30,417 nt of DNA from Oligoflexus sp. (GTDB lineage: Bacteria > Bdellovibrionota_B > Oligoflexia > Oligoflexales > Oligoflexaceae), in the NCBI GenBank assembly GCA_041736305.1, contig JBGSTX010000081.1, forward strand, positions 1 through 30,417. The letters run 5' to 3'. How positions within the stretch are numbered: position 1 is the stretch's first letter; each line of letters opens with the position of its first letter. Both the position numbers and the translations under genes were made by a program. Positions 9,360 to 17,397 of the stretch are shown piece by piece. Below the pieces are notes generated by a model, which worked only from the letters and a program-made list of their open reading frames with translations, did not search any database and was not told where the DNA came from.

Positions 9360-10154
9360 CTATTTCAAGTAAGAAATCAAAGTCTCCAGCGCCTGCGGCG
9401 TCTTTCTAAATCGCAAATGCGAAGCAAAAATAGTCTGTCCTGGCAGCTTAGTATCTCGATAAAGCCGCAGATCAGTCTCATTGCTCACCAAATGATCCGG
9501 CAGCACCGCTATCCCCACTCCCTGCTTCACCAATTTCAGCATAGCCGTAATCGAATTAACCTGCACGATTCGCCGCGGAACCTGCCGTGTGATCCGCAGC
9601 AGTAGATCCTCAGGCCCGTAGACTATCCAACGCTGATCGTTCAAACGCTCGAGATCGATCGGCTCTTTACTCACTATAGCTAGTTCCTCGGTGAAGAGCG
9701 GCTGCGAGACGATGAGTTCACTATCTATCGGCTGCGGTAGAAACACGATTTCAAAACGCCCCGCCTCGAGACCCTCCCGCAGCTCTTGCAGGCTGCCCAC
9801 CGTGATGTGAAAATTTTCGTCCTGCGTCTGATAATAGAGTCCTAAGAGACGCTGAAACCAGCTCTCCAGCAGACCATGCAAGATACCCACCCGCAAGAGA
9901 CTGCGCTCGCTGTCGGCGAGCAGAGCCGCACTCTCATTCTGAAAACGCTTGATCGCTTCATAGAGCCGCTGACCCTTGGGTGTGAGAGTCAGGTGCTTCG
10001 ACGAGCGGATGAGGAGCTCGTCATTCACCGACTCTTCGAGTAGCTTGACCTGCCTACTGACCGCCGACTGAGCAATGTTCAACTCTTCTGCTGCTCTGGA
10101 AAAGCTACTTTGCTCAGCCGCCGCCATGAAAGCTTTGAGATAACGAAAATCCAT
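9360..10154 (-). CDS. LysR-family transcriptional regulator
   Basis: HTH signature SFSRAAEELNIAQSAVSRQVKLLEE, LTPKG, and C-terminal LVKQGVGIAVLP. Confidence 0.95.
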   Translation of the reverse strand: MDFRYLKAFMAAAEQSSFSRAAEELNIAQSAVSRQVKLLEESVNDELLIRSSKHLTLTPKGQRLYEAIKRFQNESAALLADSERSLLRVGILHGLLESWFQRLLGLYYQTQDENFHITVGSLQELREGLEAGRFEIVFLPQPIDSELIVSQPLFTEELAIVSKEPIDLERLNDQRWIVYGPEDLLLRITRQVPRRIVQVNSITAMLKLVKQGVGIAVLPDHLVSNETDLRLYRDTKLPGQTIFASHLRFRKTPQALETLISYLK

Positions 10155-10167
10155 GCAGAGGCCTCGT

Positions 10168-10572
10168 CTAAGGTTTGGAACGGCTGCTTCTACTGTCTTC
10201 TATCTGATCCAGACAAACGCCAGGAGCACCCGCATAGGTGTAGCTTTCCAGCAGCTTTTGCGAGCTATCTGTAAAGAACGTGATCTTGCAGCTGTCGGAA
10301 TAGCTATAAATATCAGGTCGCGGATAGGCGTAAACACTGCCCAGGCTGCGGCTGACAAAGGCCGTCTCTTCGTAGCTGAGGGCCTTCTTCCCATTATCCA
10401 TAATGTAAGTACTCCGCGGCGCACCCCATCTCTCGATGAGGCTGTCTGGCGTCTTGCCCATCCACGCCCCGAGTTCGGAGTCTAGCCTTTCCCGGTAGGT
10501 GTGCGTACAAGCCCACAGCCAGAGCGGTGTCATAAGAGCGAAGAATGAGCGTGCATGAAGAACCGAAAGCAT
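10168..10572 (-). CDS. Hypothetical small lipoprotein
   Basis: Hydrophobic N-terminus ending WLWA-C, WMGKTPDSLIERWGAP motif, a further Cys pair, RBS ggagg. Ends 13 bp before the lysR start. Confidence 0.75.
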   Translation of the reverse strand: MLSVLHARSFFALMTPLWLWACTHTYRERLDSELGAWMGKTPDSLIERWGAPRSTYIMDNGKKALSYEETAFVSRSLGSVYAYPRPDIYSYSDSCKITFFTDSSQKLLESYTYAGAPGVCLDQIEDSRSSRSKP

Positions 10573-10783
10573 AAAGGCCTCCGTTTGAAGTTCGAACCTA
10601 TTCTAAGCTTTTCTGGCTGAAAAAAAAGCCAGCTCTCACTGACCTCGTCAAGAATTCGACTTGTCTCGCCTCATTAGCATCCTGGACCGTAATTCTCCAG
10701 CCACAGTCCGTCCCGAGCCGGCGAGGAAAAAGACGGGTTTGGCTGGAGATATAAGGGCCTCAGCTATCTCTCATCATCGGAGA

Positions 10784-10812
10784 TTGACAGAGCGTGGGTG
10801 TCCGGATATAAA
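10784..10812 (+). promoter_or_regulatory. Near-consensus sigma70 promoter for tnpB
   Basis: TTGACA (10784-10789), 17-bp spacer, TATAAA (10807-10812). RBS agagga before ATG 10836. Confidence 0.7.
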
Positions 10813-10835
10813 CCTCGAGGACACCAGAGGAAAGT

Positions 10836-11930
10836 ATGGTCCTAACCTACCGCTACAGGCTTAAAGACGGCAAGCACCGTGAGCAGCTCAAGAAGCTTTC
10901 GGGTCAGGTCAACCTCGTTTGGAATGTCAGCAACGAAGTTATTCGCGAAAACTGGCGCCGATCACGAAAATACACGACAAAAGCAGACCTGAACGCGATA
11001 ACGCGCGGTGCATCAAAAGAGATGGATCTCAATTCTCAGACCATTCAGGCTGTTTCCTATGAGGTTTTACTCAGGACTCAGAAAGCTCAAAAGAGAATCC
11101 GCTTTCGCACAGGCCGAAAGAACCTGGGCTGGGTCCCATTCAACGGCCAAACAGTAAAGTACTGCGGCGATTATATCACCTATAATGGTTTCAAGTTTCG
11201 ACTCTGGGAGCACAGAAAACTTCTGGCTGGGGCAGAGATCAAGACGGGATCTTTTGCCGAAGACTCGCGAGGGCGCTGGTATCTCAATCTCACGATCGAG
11301 GTGACTGATGAAGCCGGTCTGCTAGTTTTGGCTCCTAACCAGGATGTTGGGATCGATCCCGGTACCAAGACAGTCCTGACAACTTCAGCTGGCGAAAAGT
11401 TCACGCGTGAGAATCTAACGCGGGATTATGAGGAAAAACTGGCGAAGGCACAGCGGCACAGGAAAAAACGACAAGCTAGGTCCGTTCACGCAAAGATCAA
11501 GAACAAACGCCAGGATTGGAGCCACAAGGCATCCCATAGCCTTGCAAAACGCTATAACACGATCTATTTTGGTGATGCCGATTCGTCAAAGCTGGCAAAA
11601 ACCAGGATGGCCAAAGGTGTTCTGGACGCTGGCTGGTATCAAATATTTGCCTTTCTCCAATATAAGTCCCTGAGGCGTGGAGGAATCGTGCTCAAAGTGA
11701 GCGAAAAATTCTCGACTGTCACTTGCTCGAACTGCCTCTCGCGATGTGGTCCGAGTGGACTAAGTGGGTTGAGTATAAGAGAGTGGACGTGTCAGAGTTG
11801 TGGAGCGGTTCATGATCGCGACATCAACTCTGCCATCTATATTCTCCGTTCCGGGCGTGGAACGCTGAGGGAGGAATCGACTTCAAATTCTCCCAAGGGA
11901 AGCGCCGACTATAACGCGACGAGCGTTTAG
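10836..11930 (+). CDS. tnpB: RNA-guided endonuclease TnpB
   Basis: N-terminal YRYRL, RuvC-I VGIDPG, HKAS, VLDAGW, Zn ribbon CSNC...CQSCG, RuvC-III HDRDINSA. Confidence 0.95.
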   Translation: MVLTYRYRLKDGKHREQLKKLSGQVNLVWNVSNEVIRENWRRSRKYTTKADLNAITRGASKEMDLNSQTIQAVSYEVLLRTQKAQKRIRFRTGRKNLGWVPFNGQTVKYCGDYITYNGFKFRLWEHRKLLAGAEIKTGSFAEDSRGRWYLNLTIEVTDEAGLLVLAPNQDVGIDPGTKTVLTTSAGEKFTRENLTRDYEEKLAKAQRHRKKRQARSVHAKIKNKRQDWSHKASHSLAKRYNTIYFGDADSSKLAKTRMAKGVLDAGWYQIFAFLQYKSLRRGGIVLKVSEKFSTVTCSNCLSRCGPSGLSGLSIREWTCQSCGAVHDRDINSAIYILRSGRGTLREESTSNSPKGSADYNATSV

Positions 11931-11965
11931 CTGGCGAGGACGTCACTAGGATATCGTAAGCCTCC
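11800..11965 (+). ncRNA. Predicted TnpB omegaRNA (reRNA) scaffold plus guide
   Basis: TnpB guide RNAs are known to derive from the tnpB 3' end and right end. Hairpin cgttcc/ggaacg at 11847-11864. The guide would be the flank after ~11946. Limits are inferred. Confidence 0.45.
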
Positions 11966-12002
11966 ACGTGCGACACGCATAACACAATAAAGGAGATCTC
12001 AA

Positions 12003-12785
12003 GTGGGCAAGCGATTGGCTCTTATCACCGGCGCCTCAGCTGGAATTGGCGCAGAATTGGCTAAGCAAATGGCAGAGCGCGGCTACGATCTCGCTCTTAT
12101 AGCTCGTCGCCGACCGCTACTCGAGGAATTGGCCGAAACGCTGAAGCCGACAGGGGTCCGCGTCGGTATTTATCCCGCTGATGTAGTCAATGCTGACGAT
12201 ATCAAAGCGGCCATTGACGCTGTTGAAAAAGAGATGGGGCCTATTGATATCTGCGTAGCGAACGCCGGTGTCGCTATGGATATGTCTGTCCGCAAGTTTG
12301 ATGTGAAAAAGGCTAGGGAGGTTTACGACGTCAACGTTATCGGTCTCATGCAAACTATTGCGGCCGTACTACCCCATATGATCGAGCGCAGGACCGGAGA
12401 GATCGTCGGTGTTTCGAGCCTAGCTTCCTATTTGACAGCTCCCCGTGTCTATCCCTACTGCGCAAGCAAGGCCGCTGTTTCGGCCCACTTGGAAGGACTC
12501 CGCGTTGAGCTCATGTCCTATGGCATCAAGGTCACTACCGTGTGTCCGGGTTTTATCAAGACTCCGATGACAGATGGAGCGAAGCTAAAAATGCCCTTCA
12601 TCATGGAACTCGATGAAGCCGTTCGTTACATGCTCGACAAGCTCGAAAAAGGGCGCGATCAGGTGATCAACTACCCCTGGAGTCTCTACACGATCATCAG
12701 AGGCCTGAACCTCTTACCGCTTAGTCTGAAACGCCAGCTCTTCGCTAGGGGAACTGCCCGCGGGCCGTCCCATAGCACTCGGTAA
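12003..12785 (+). CDS. SDR-family NAD(P)-dependent oxidoreductase
   Basis: TGASAGIG, ANAG, catalytic S and YCASK, CPGFIKT. GTG start with aaggag RBS. Confidence 0.95.
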   Translation: MGKRLALITGASAGIGAELAKQMAERGYDLALIARRRPLLEELAETLKPTGVRVGIYPADVVNADDIKAAIDAVEKEMGPIDICVANAGVAMDMSVRKFDVKKAREVYDVNVIGLMQTIAAVLPHMIERRTGEIVGVSSLASYLTAPRVYPYCASKAAVSAHLEGLRVELMSYGIKVTTVCPGFIKTPMTDGAKLKMPFIMELDEAVRYMLDKLEKGRDQVINYPWSLYTIIRGLNLLPLSLKRQLFARGTARGPSHSTR

Positions 12786-12854
12786 TTCTACTCTGACGGA
12801 CAAATGGCGATCGAAGCTCGGACAGCTGAGCTTCTCCTCCCTGGATCTGCGATC

Positions 12855-13160
12855 AAATGCTATTGCTGGATTTCCATTTGCCGTAGCTGTTTTCAAGCCA
12901 CTAAAATCTATTTTACTCAATCAGGTACTAACGCCCTTTGAGCTAAGGTATTTTGCCATATCGGCGAGTTTTACTCCGTTTGGACCCACATTGAACGCGC
13001 TTACAATCTCGTCCAAGCGCTGCTGGGGCACAAGCAGATTTTTATGACCGCTGACCTATTTGGCAATTTGAAGGGCGGCGGATGTGGAGTATTTGTCGCC
13101 ATATGGGTTCTAACCGAGAGACTTTTCAACAAACTCCATTAGCCTCTTTACAGCAATTTC
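12855..13160 (-). pseudogene. Eroded fragment of a papain-fold (C39-like) toxin or peptidase domain
   Basis: One frame reads EIAVKRLMEFVEKSLG*NPYGDKYSTSAALQIAK*VSGHKNLLVPQQRLDEIVSAFNVGPNGVKLADMAKYLSSKGVST*LSKIDFSGLKTATANGNPAIAF, with three in-frame stops. Lies on the same strand directly downstream of the immunity gene. Confidence 0.5.
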
Positions 13161-13222
13161 AAAGGTTCACCCTTGGAGAGTGAAGTGGACCCTAACTCGC
13201 GCACAGGGCGAGTTTATCATTT

Positions 13223-13570
13223 TTACAGACCAGCTGTGACTTCTGAGGATGCAACAAGCACAAAAACGACACCGTCATCGGCCTTATAATTTGCAATGTA
13301 TTCAGTAGCCTTTTTCTTTGATCTTACGCAGTAAACCTTAAAATCTTCAAGCGGACCCTCCCGATTTATATACCAGCTGTCATATGTACTTTCGTAGGAC
13401 TTCTTTTCTTTGTTGAATCGCATGACATCGCCGCCCAAAAAAGCAAAGCTATTAGCTGACGGGCTATCCAGAAAGCCTAACACATCTTCTTTTTTCCAGG
13501 CAAAAATACCACTTTCTGCGTTAACAACTAATTTCTTCAAAAGGAAGTCTTCAGGAAAATTCTTGTTCAT
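13223..13570 (-). CDS. Immunity protein, Imm40-like
   Basis: 115 aa, no signal peptide, starts 2 bp after the toxin stop. W..EDV..FL, LGGDV and YDSWY match the GGD/Trp signature of Imm40. Confidence 0.75.
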   Translation of the reverse strand: MNKNFPEDFLLKKLVVNAESGIFAWKKEDVLGFLDSPSANSFAFLGGDVMRFNKEKKSYESTYDSWYINREGPLEDFKVYCVRSKKKATEYIANYKADDGVVFVLVASSEVTAGL

Positions 13571-13572
13571 TT

Positions 13573-15093
13573 CTACCTCATTGGCTCAAATTTACGATGA
13601 TTAATTGAGCCATTGGGCTCAATTATCCATTCAAAATTGCCTTTCCTGCCCAGATACTCGCCTTCCAGTTCAATTCTGGTCCTTTTGATACCATCACCTC
13701 CTGTTATTTCGGTCTTCTTTCCTAGGCCTGCAAAATTGTCAACCTCACCTGGAAATCCATGAAATTGATCTGCTTGCATCTGGGCTCTAACTTTATCGGT
13801 ATACTTTTTATCAGTTAACGGATTGTGCTTGAATCTATCGGCATCCAATTTCCTTAGATCAATGCCGTTATTCTTCGCAGAGTCCAGAATCTTCTCAGCT
13901 CGCTTAGTTATTCCGAGCATTGAAGAAGCTTCTTCAGACCTCCCTACACTCTTCGACAGAATGCGGCTAATTTTACCGGCTTTTCCAGCGACGGCAAGCT
14001 TGCTACCCACCCCAGCGGTAAAAACTCCAAAGACGGCCATACTCCTCTCAAAATTTGTGAGCTTTCGTCCATCTACCAATCCATAACCAGACGTGGCTTC
14101 ATAGATATCCTTCCCCCAGCCAACGACAGGGGTAACAGAGATAGCAATGTCAGCAGCCGCCATACCAAATTCAAAGAGCTGACTACCCTCTCGAAAATTG
14201 CCGGCTCTGAAACTTGCTTCAGATTCGTCAATCGCGTTATCCGAGACAGAAATGAGCTTTTTCCTAGCCGTATAATCTCGATGGGATCGGTATGCTTCGA
14301 CTTTGCTTGCCGCATAGTCGAGATATCTGCGACCCTGATCTATAATGGCTTTCTCGGCGTATATGCTCTCGTTGTTCCGGTCGTTGCCCGGTTCAAAGGC
14401 CTCATCCCTTACTTCCGGCACCTGTGCTAAGATCGAGCGAACCTGCTCATTATAAGTGCTTCTGAATTTTTCGAGATTCTGAATCAGATTGTCGCCATCT
14501 GCTGCTGCCACCGAGTTTTGCAAAGATGCTAAAGATGCTTGGAGAGTCTCGCGATTGGCGTCAATAGATCGCCTATATACTTCGGCCTGCGCCCATAAAT
14601 CCTTTGCTTGCGACAGCAGCTTTTTGGCTTCTCGGGCTTTTCTTCGCCTCTCAGCATTTTTTCCATTTATCTCATCACGCAGCTTGCCCCAGGCCTTCGA
14701 AGTTTCTTTACCCAAAGAAGTAAGGACATCCCCTATTGCAGCGCCACTGGAATCTTCTCCTCCACCAGCAGTTGCCGCTTCGCCTGAGCTGGATCCACTA
14801 GAGGCACTCTCTTCGCAGTCACCGATACAACCAGTTTCAACATCAGAGCCCGATCCAATGGAACTACCCGTAGCGGTACTTGGATTGGCACCTGGACTGC
14901 TACCCGGAGGCTGATCGAAGCATTCCAGCGGCACATTGAACCCTTTGCAAGGGTCGGGACGATCGGTAATCGTAGCTTCAATATAGTAGTTTTCACCTCG
15001 CTTATACTTCGCCGAATCATCCTGATAACGGCTGCCGCATGAAAACAACAAAAAGTTCCACAGTACGAGCAGTGAAAATTTTAACTTATTCAT
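13573..15093 (-). CDS. Polymorphic toxin lipoprotein: lipobox, linker, coiled coil, pre-toxin TG domain, C-terminal toxin domain
   Basis: MNKLKF...LLFS-C lipobox. PT-TG-like TPVVGWGKDIYEATSGYGLVDGRKLTNFER. C-terminal YTDKV..QM...FHGFP..VD...GGDG...FEWIIE..G.INHR.F. ATG at 15093 overlaps the upstream TGA (ATGA). Confidence 0.85.
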   Translation of the reverse strand: MNKLKFSLLVLWNFLLFSCGSRYQDDSAKYKRGENYYIEATITDRPDPCKGFNVPLECFDQPPGSSPGANPSTATGSSIGSGSDVETGCIGDCEESASSGSSSGEAATAGGGEDSSGAAIGDVLTSLGKETSKAWGKLRDEINGKNAERRRKAREAKKLLSQAKDLWAQAEVYRRSIDANRETLQASLASLQNSVAAADGDNLIQNLEKFRSTYNEQVRSILAQVPEVRDEAFEPGNDRNNESIYAEKAIIDQGRRYLDYAASKVEAYRSHRDYTARKKLISVSDNAIDESEASFRAGNFREGSQLFEFGMAAADIAISVTPVVGWGKDIYEATSGYGLVDGRKLTNFERSMAVFGVFTAGVGSKLAVAGKAGKISRILSKSVGRSEEASSMLGITKRAEKILDSAKNNGIDLRKLDADRFKHNPLTDKKYTDKVRAQMQADQFHGFPGEVDNFAGLGKKTEITGGDGIKRTRIELEGEYLGRKGNFEWIIEPNGSINHRKFEPMR

Positions 15094-16373
15094 ATCTTCA
15101 CCATGCAATTTTTGGTGGCGTTCATGTAAAGACCTTCAACGGATCGGTAAGATTCAACTGTTTGAACTCGTTCCGCACGCCGAATATAGTTCTGCAGGCG
15201 GGCAACACACGCCGGCGTGTATTTTTCAGCGATATCAAGGCGACGAGATGCCAACATCTTTTGAGAGCTTAGGAAACCCTTCCAACCCTTGGCTTCGACT
15301 CGATCTACTTTAGACTTAAGATTGTTGATTACAGAATCCAGTCGTTCTAAGTAGGGTTTGCCGACATCAGTATAGGAGCCGCTCACTAGTCTTATTCTAT
15401 CCCTAAAATCTTTTGCCGCGATGAGATCAGCAGCATACAGGCGGCGAGATGATTCGAATTGAAGGTAGGTGGTCTCAAGGTGGTTGCGATCTCGGTCCTC
15501 ACTGATCGAAGTAAACCAGAGCTCAAAAGAAGTTGAAAGCCTATGGACGTGAATTATCGCTGCTATTTTGCCGCTAAGGCCAGATAGGTCGCGTTTCAGA
15601 GAGAGGCGATAAGCATCTTCCAAATCGGAACGTACAGCTGCATAGGCAAATTTTATAAGGTTTTCTCGCTTGCTACGGGCGCTCTGAACCATCGCGTGGA
15701 TCTTATCAACATCGGCGATAAATTCCTGAACTGATGCTTGGACTCGTGCTGCCACGATATTGGTGCGGGCCATTTCACAATCTGGGCCAGCTAGCCAGAG
15801 AGCTTCAGCTTTGGAAGCTTCGAAAGATTTTAGGAGATCGTCCCGCGCTTGTTCTATGAAGGATAGGAGAGCATATTCGCGAGTGCTAAGTGATCGGAGG
15901 AGATCGATGCCTGTGTGATAACCTCGATCAATACTGGCAATTTGGTCCCTAATCTTTTGGCGATCGGCAGAAGGGTTGGGGGAAGAATCTTTTACAAACT
16001 TCTCAATGGCCTGCAGGGACTTGTAATAATCAAGTTCAAGGGCTCGAAAGTTTCGCCACACATTATAGTCGACAGCACCACTATAGGATCTGCCCGCGGC
16101 CAAGGCACTTACCAACAGTGGAGTAGGGCTTTCTTGGGGGCGAAATTTTCGTAAGAGATCTGATGTAGTAGCTGTGAGCAAATTTGCACGGGTTAAGCAC
16201 TGGTCAATTCTTTTTATTTTTGGAATGCATTGGCTTCTGAGGTTTTCCAAGCTTGCTCTGACGATAGCCAGATTGTTGCCGTCGGGCTTTGGGACGATAC
16301 ACTCTTTTAATTCTTGGCCTATGGCAAGGCCCGTATTCAGGAATAAAAGAAAAAAGATGAAAAAAGCACGCAT
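15090..16373 (-). CDS. Sec-secreted, largely alpha-helical hypothetical protein in the toxin operon
   Basis: Signal peptide MRAFFIFFLLFLNTGLAIG, long amphipathic helices, several Cys. Translationally coupled to the toxin gene. Confidence 0.8.
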   Translation of the reverse strand: MRAFFIFFLLFLNTGLAIGQELKECIVPKPDGNNLAIVRASLENLRSQCIPKIKRIDQCLTRANLLTATTSDLLRKFRPQESPTPLLVSALAAGRSYSGAVDYNVWRNFRALELDYYKSLQAIEKFVKDSSPNPSADRQKIRDQIASIDRGYHTGIDLLRSLSTREYALLSFIEQARDDLLKSFEASKAEALWLAGPDCEMARTNIVAARVQASVQEFIADVDKIHAMVQSARSKRENLIKFAYAAVRSDLEDAYRLSLKRDLSGLSGKIAAIIHVHRLSTSFELWFTSISEDRDRNHLETTYLQFESSRRLYAADLIAAKDFRDRIRLVSGSYTDVGKPYLERLDSVINNLKSKVDRVEAKGWKGFLSSQKMLASRRLDIAEKYTPACVARLQNYIRRAERVQTVESYRSVEGLYMNATKNCMVKI

Positions 16374-16407
16374 GCAGGGTTCCTATTCTCGTGAAGATCA
16401 ATTTTAA

Positions 16408-17397
16408 CTATTCAGCGACTCTGGAGATTTCTTCTTTGAGTCTGCTCAGTTTTTCTCTAGCCTTAGGGTTTTGCCTTGCGACCTGATCGTTCAAAAGGAG
16501 CCCAATTTCTTCTTCCTTATTTTGAAACCAACTCAATAAACTATCGTGGGAAATCTTTAGGCTACAGTTCTGCTTAAAGCGTTTGAAACGTCCTTCGGCT
16601 ATATTTGCAGGGTTTTGGAGCGAGGAGAGAGTTGTTCGATTGAAAGCCTCACAATCGAGGCGCTCAAGAGTCACCTTAACTTGTACTTCACTCATATTTA
16701 TATTTTGACAGGAGACCTGCACATCTGACCTTTCATATCCAAAGATCAAGAAAAATTTCTCATTCAAGTCAATGGCGACTTGCTCGTAAAGTGGATCAGC
16801 ACTGTACTTGTCAATCAGGCACGCAAGCGCCTTTTCGTTTCTTAGGCGAGAAAAAAGTTCACCCTGGCGGATTGGTAAAACGCTAGCGTAGGTATCCAGG
16901 CTCGATTTGGTCTCGTAAATATAGGCCTCAACCTGCTCGGGAGTCTTATAGAAACTACAGCTTTTATACTGCGCATTACCAAATTCTGGATGTTGGCATT
17001 CTCGGTAGAGTTCAACGCCATGTTGTGGATGCCTGCAAGCCTGATAAGCAATCACACCAAAATCTGGATGCTCACAAGACTTTGGTTCTTGACCTACACA
17101 TGTGCGGTGTATTCTTCCACCAGGCCCGGTAATAAGTTCGCCATTTCTACCTTTGGGCTGGACCATTTTGCAAGCCGTACCACAGCGATTTGCGTCAGCA
17201 CGTACATTGAATCTTGCTGGAGGACAGACAGGACTCTCTTTACTGAAATAGATATCGGCTCCGCAGATTGGATCGCGCCTGGCTTGATAATTCTCGACTC
17301 CACATAATTGATGCCTTGCGGTCTGTAGTTCGAAGCTCATGGCAGCTTCAGACAAGATGCAAAGAATTATCGACATGATCTGGAAAAAGGTTCTCAT
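16408..17397 (-). CDS. Sec-secreted protein with Cys-rich short repeats and a helical C-terminus; first gene of the toxin operon
   Basis: Signal peptide. ~13-aa repeats CEHPDFGVIAYQA / CRHPQHGVELYRE / CQHPEFGNAQYKS. Start placed at ATG 17397, which has a gaggag RBS. Confidence 0.8.
   Translation of the reverse strand: MRTFFQIMSIILCILSEAAMSFELQTARHQLCGVENYQARRDPICGADIYFSKESPVCPPARFNVRADANRCGTACKMVQPKGRNGELITGPGGRIHRTCVGQEPKSCEHPDFGVIAYQACRHPQHGVELYRECQHPEFGNAQYKSCSFYKTPEQVEAYIYETKSSLDTYASVLPIRQGELFSRLRNEKALACLIDKYSADPLYEQVAIDLNEKFFLIFGYERSDVQVSCQNINMSEVQVKVTLERLDCEAFNRTTLSSLQNPANIAEGRFKRFKQNCSLKISHDSLLSWFQNKEEEIGLLLNDQVARQNPKAREKLSRLKEEISRVAE

Larger units (their letters stand above)
10640..11946 (+). 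mobile_element. Non-autonomous IS200/IS605-superfamily element (tnpB only, IS1341-like)
   Basis: tnpB with no tnpA. Right end ggaatc...tttag...gaggacgtca(c) resembles IS605-type ends. Left region starts tgacctcgtca and carries hairpins. Boundaries approximate. Confidence 0.6.

Noticed and set aside
10836-11930. TnpB as Cas12f or as a nuclease-dead TldR
   Set aside because: No CRISPR array is nearby. Both catalytic Asp residues and a plausible relocated Glu are present.
12714-12920. 68-aa minus ORF as an independent gene
   Set aside because: It is the last segment of the eroded toxin frame and runs antisense into the SDR gene.
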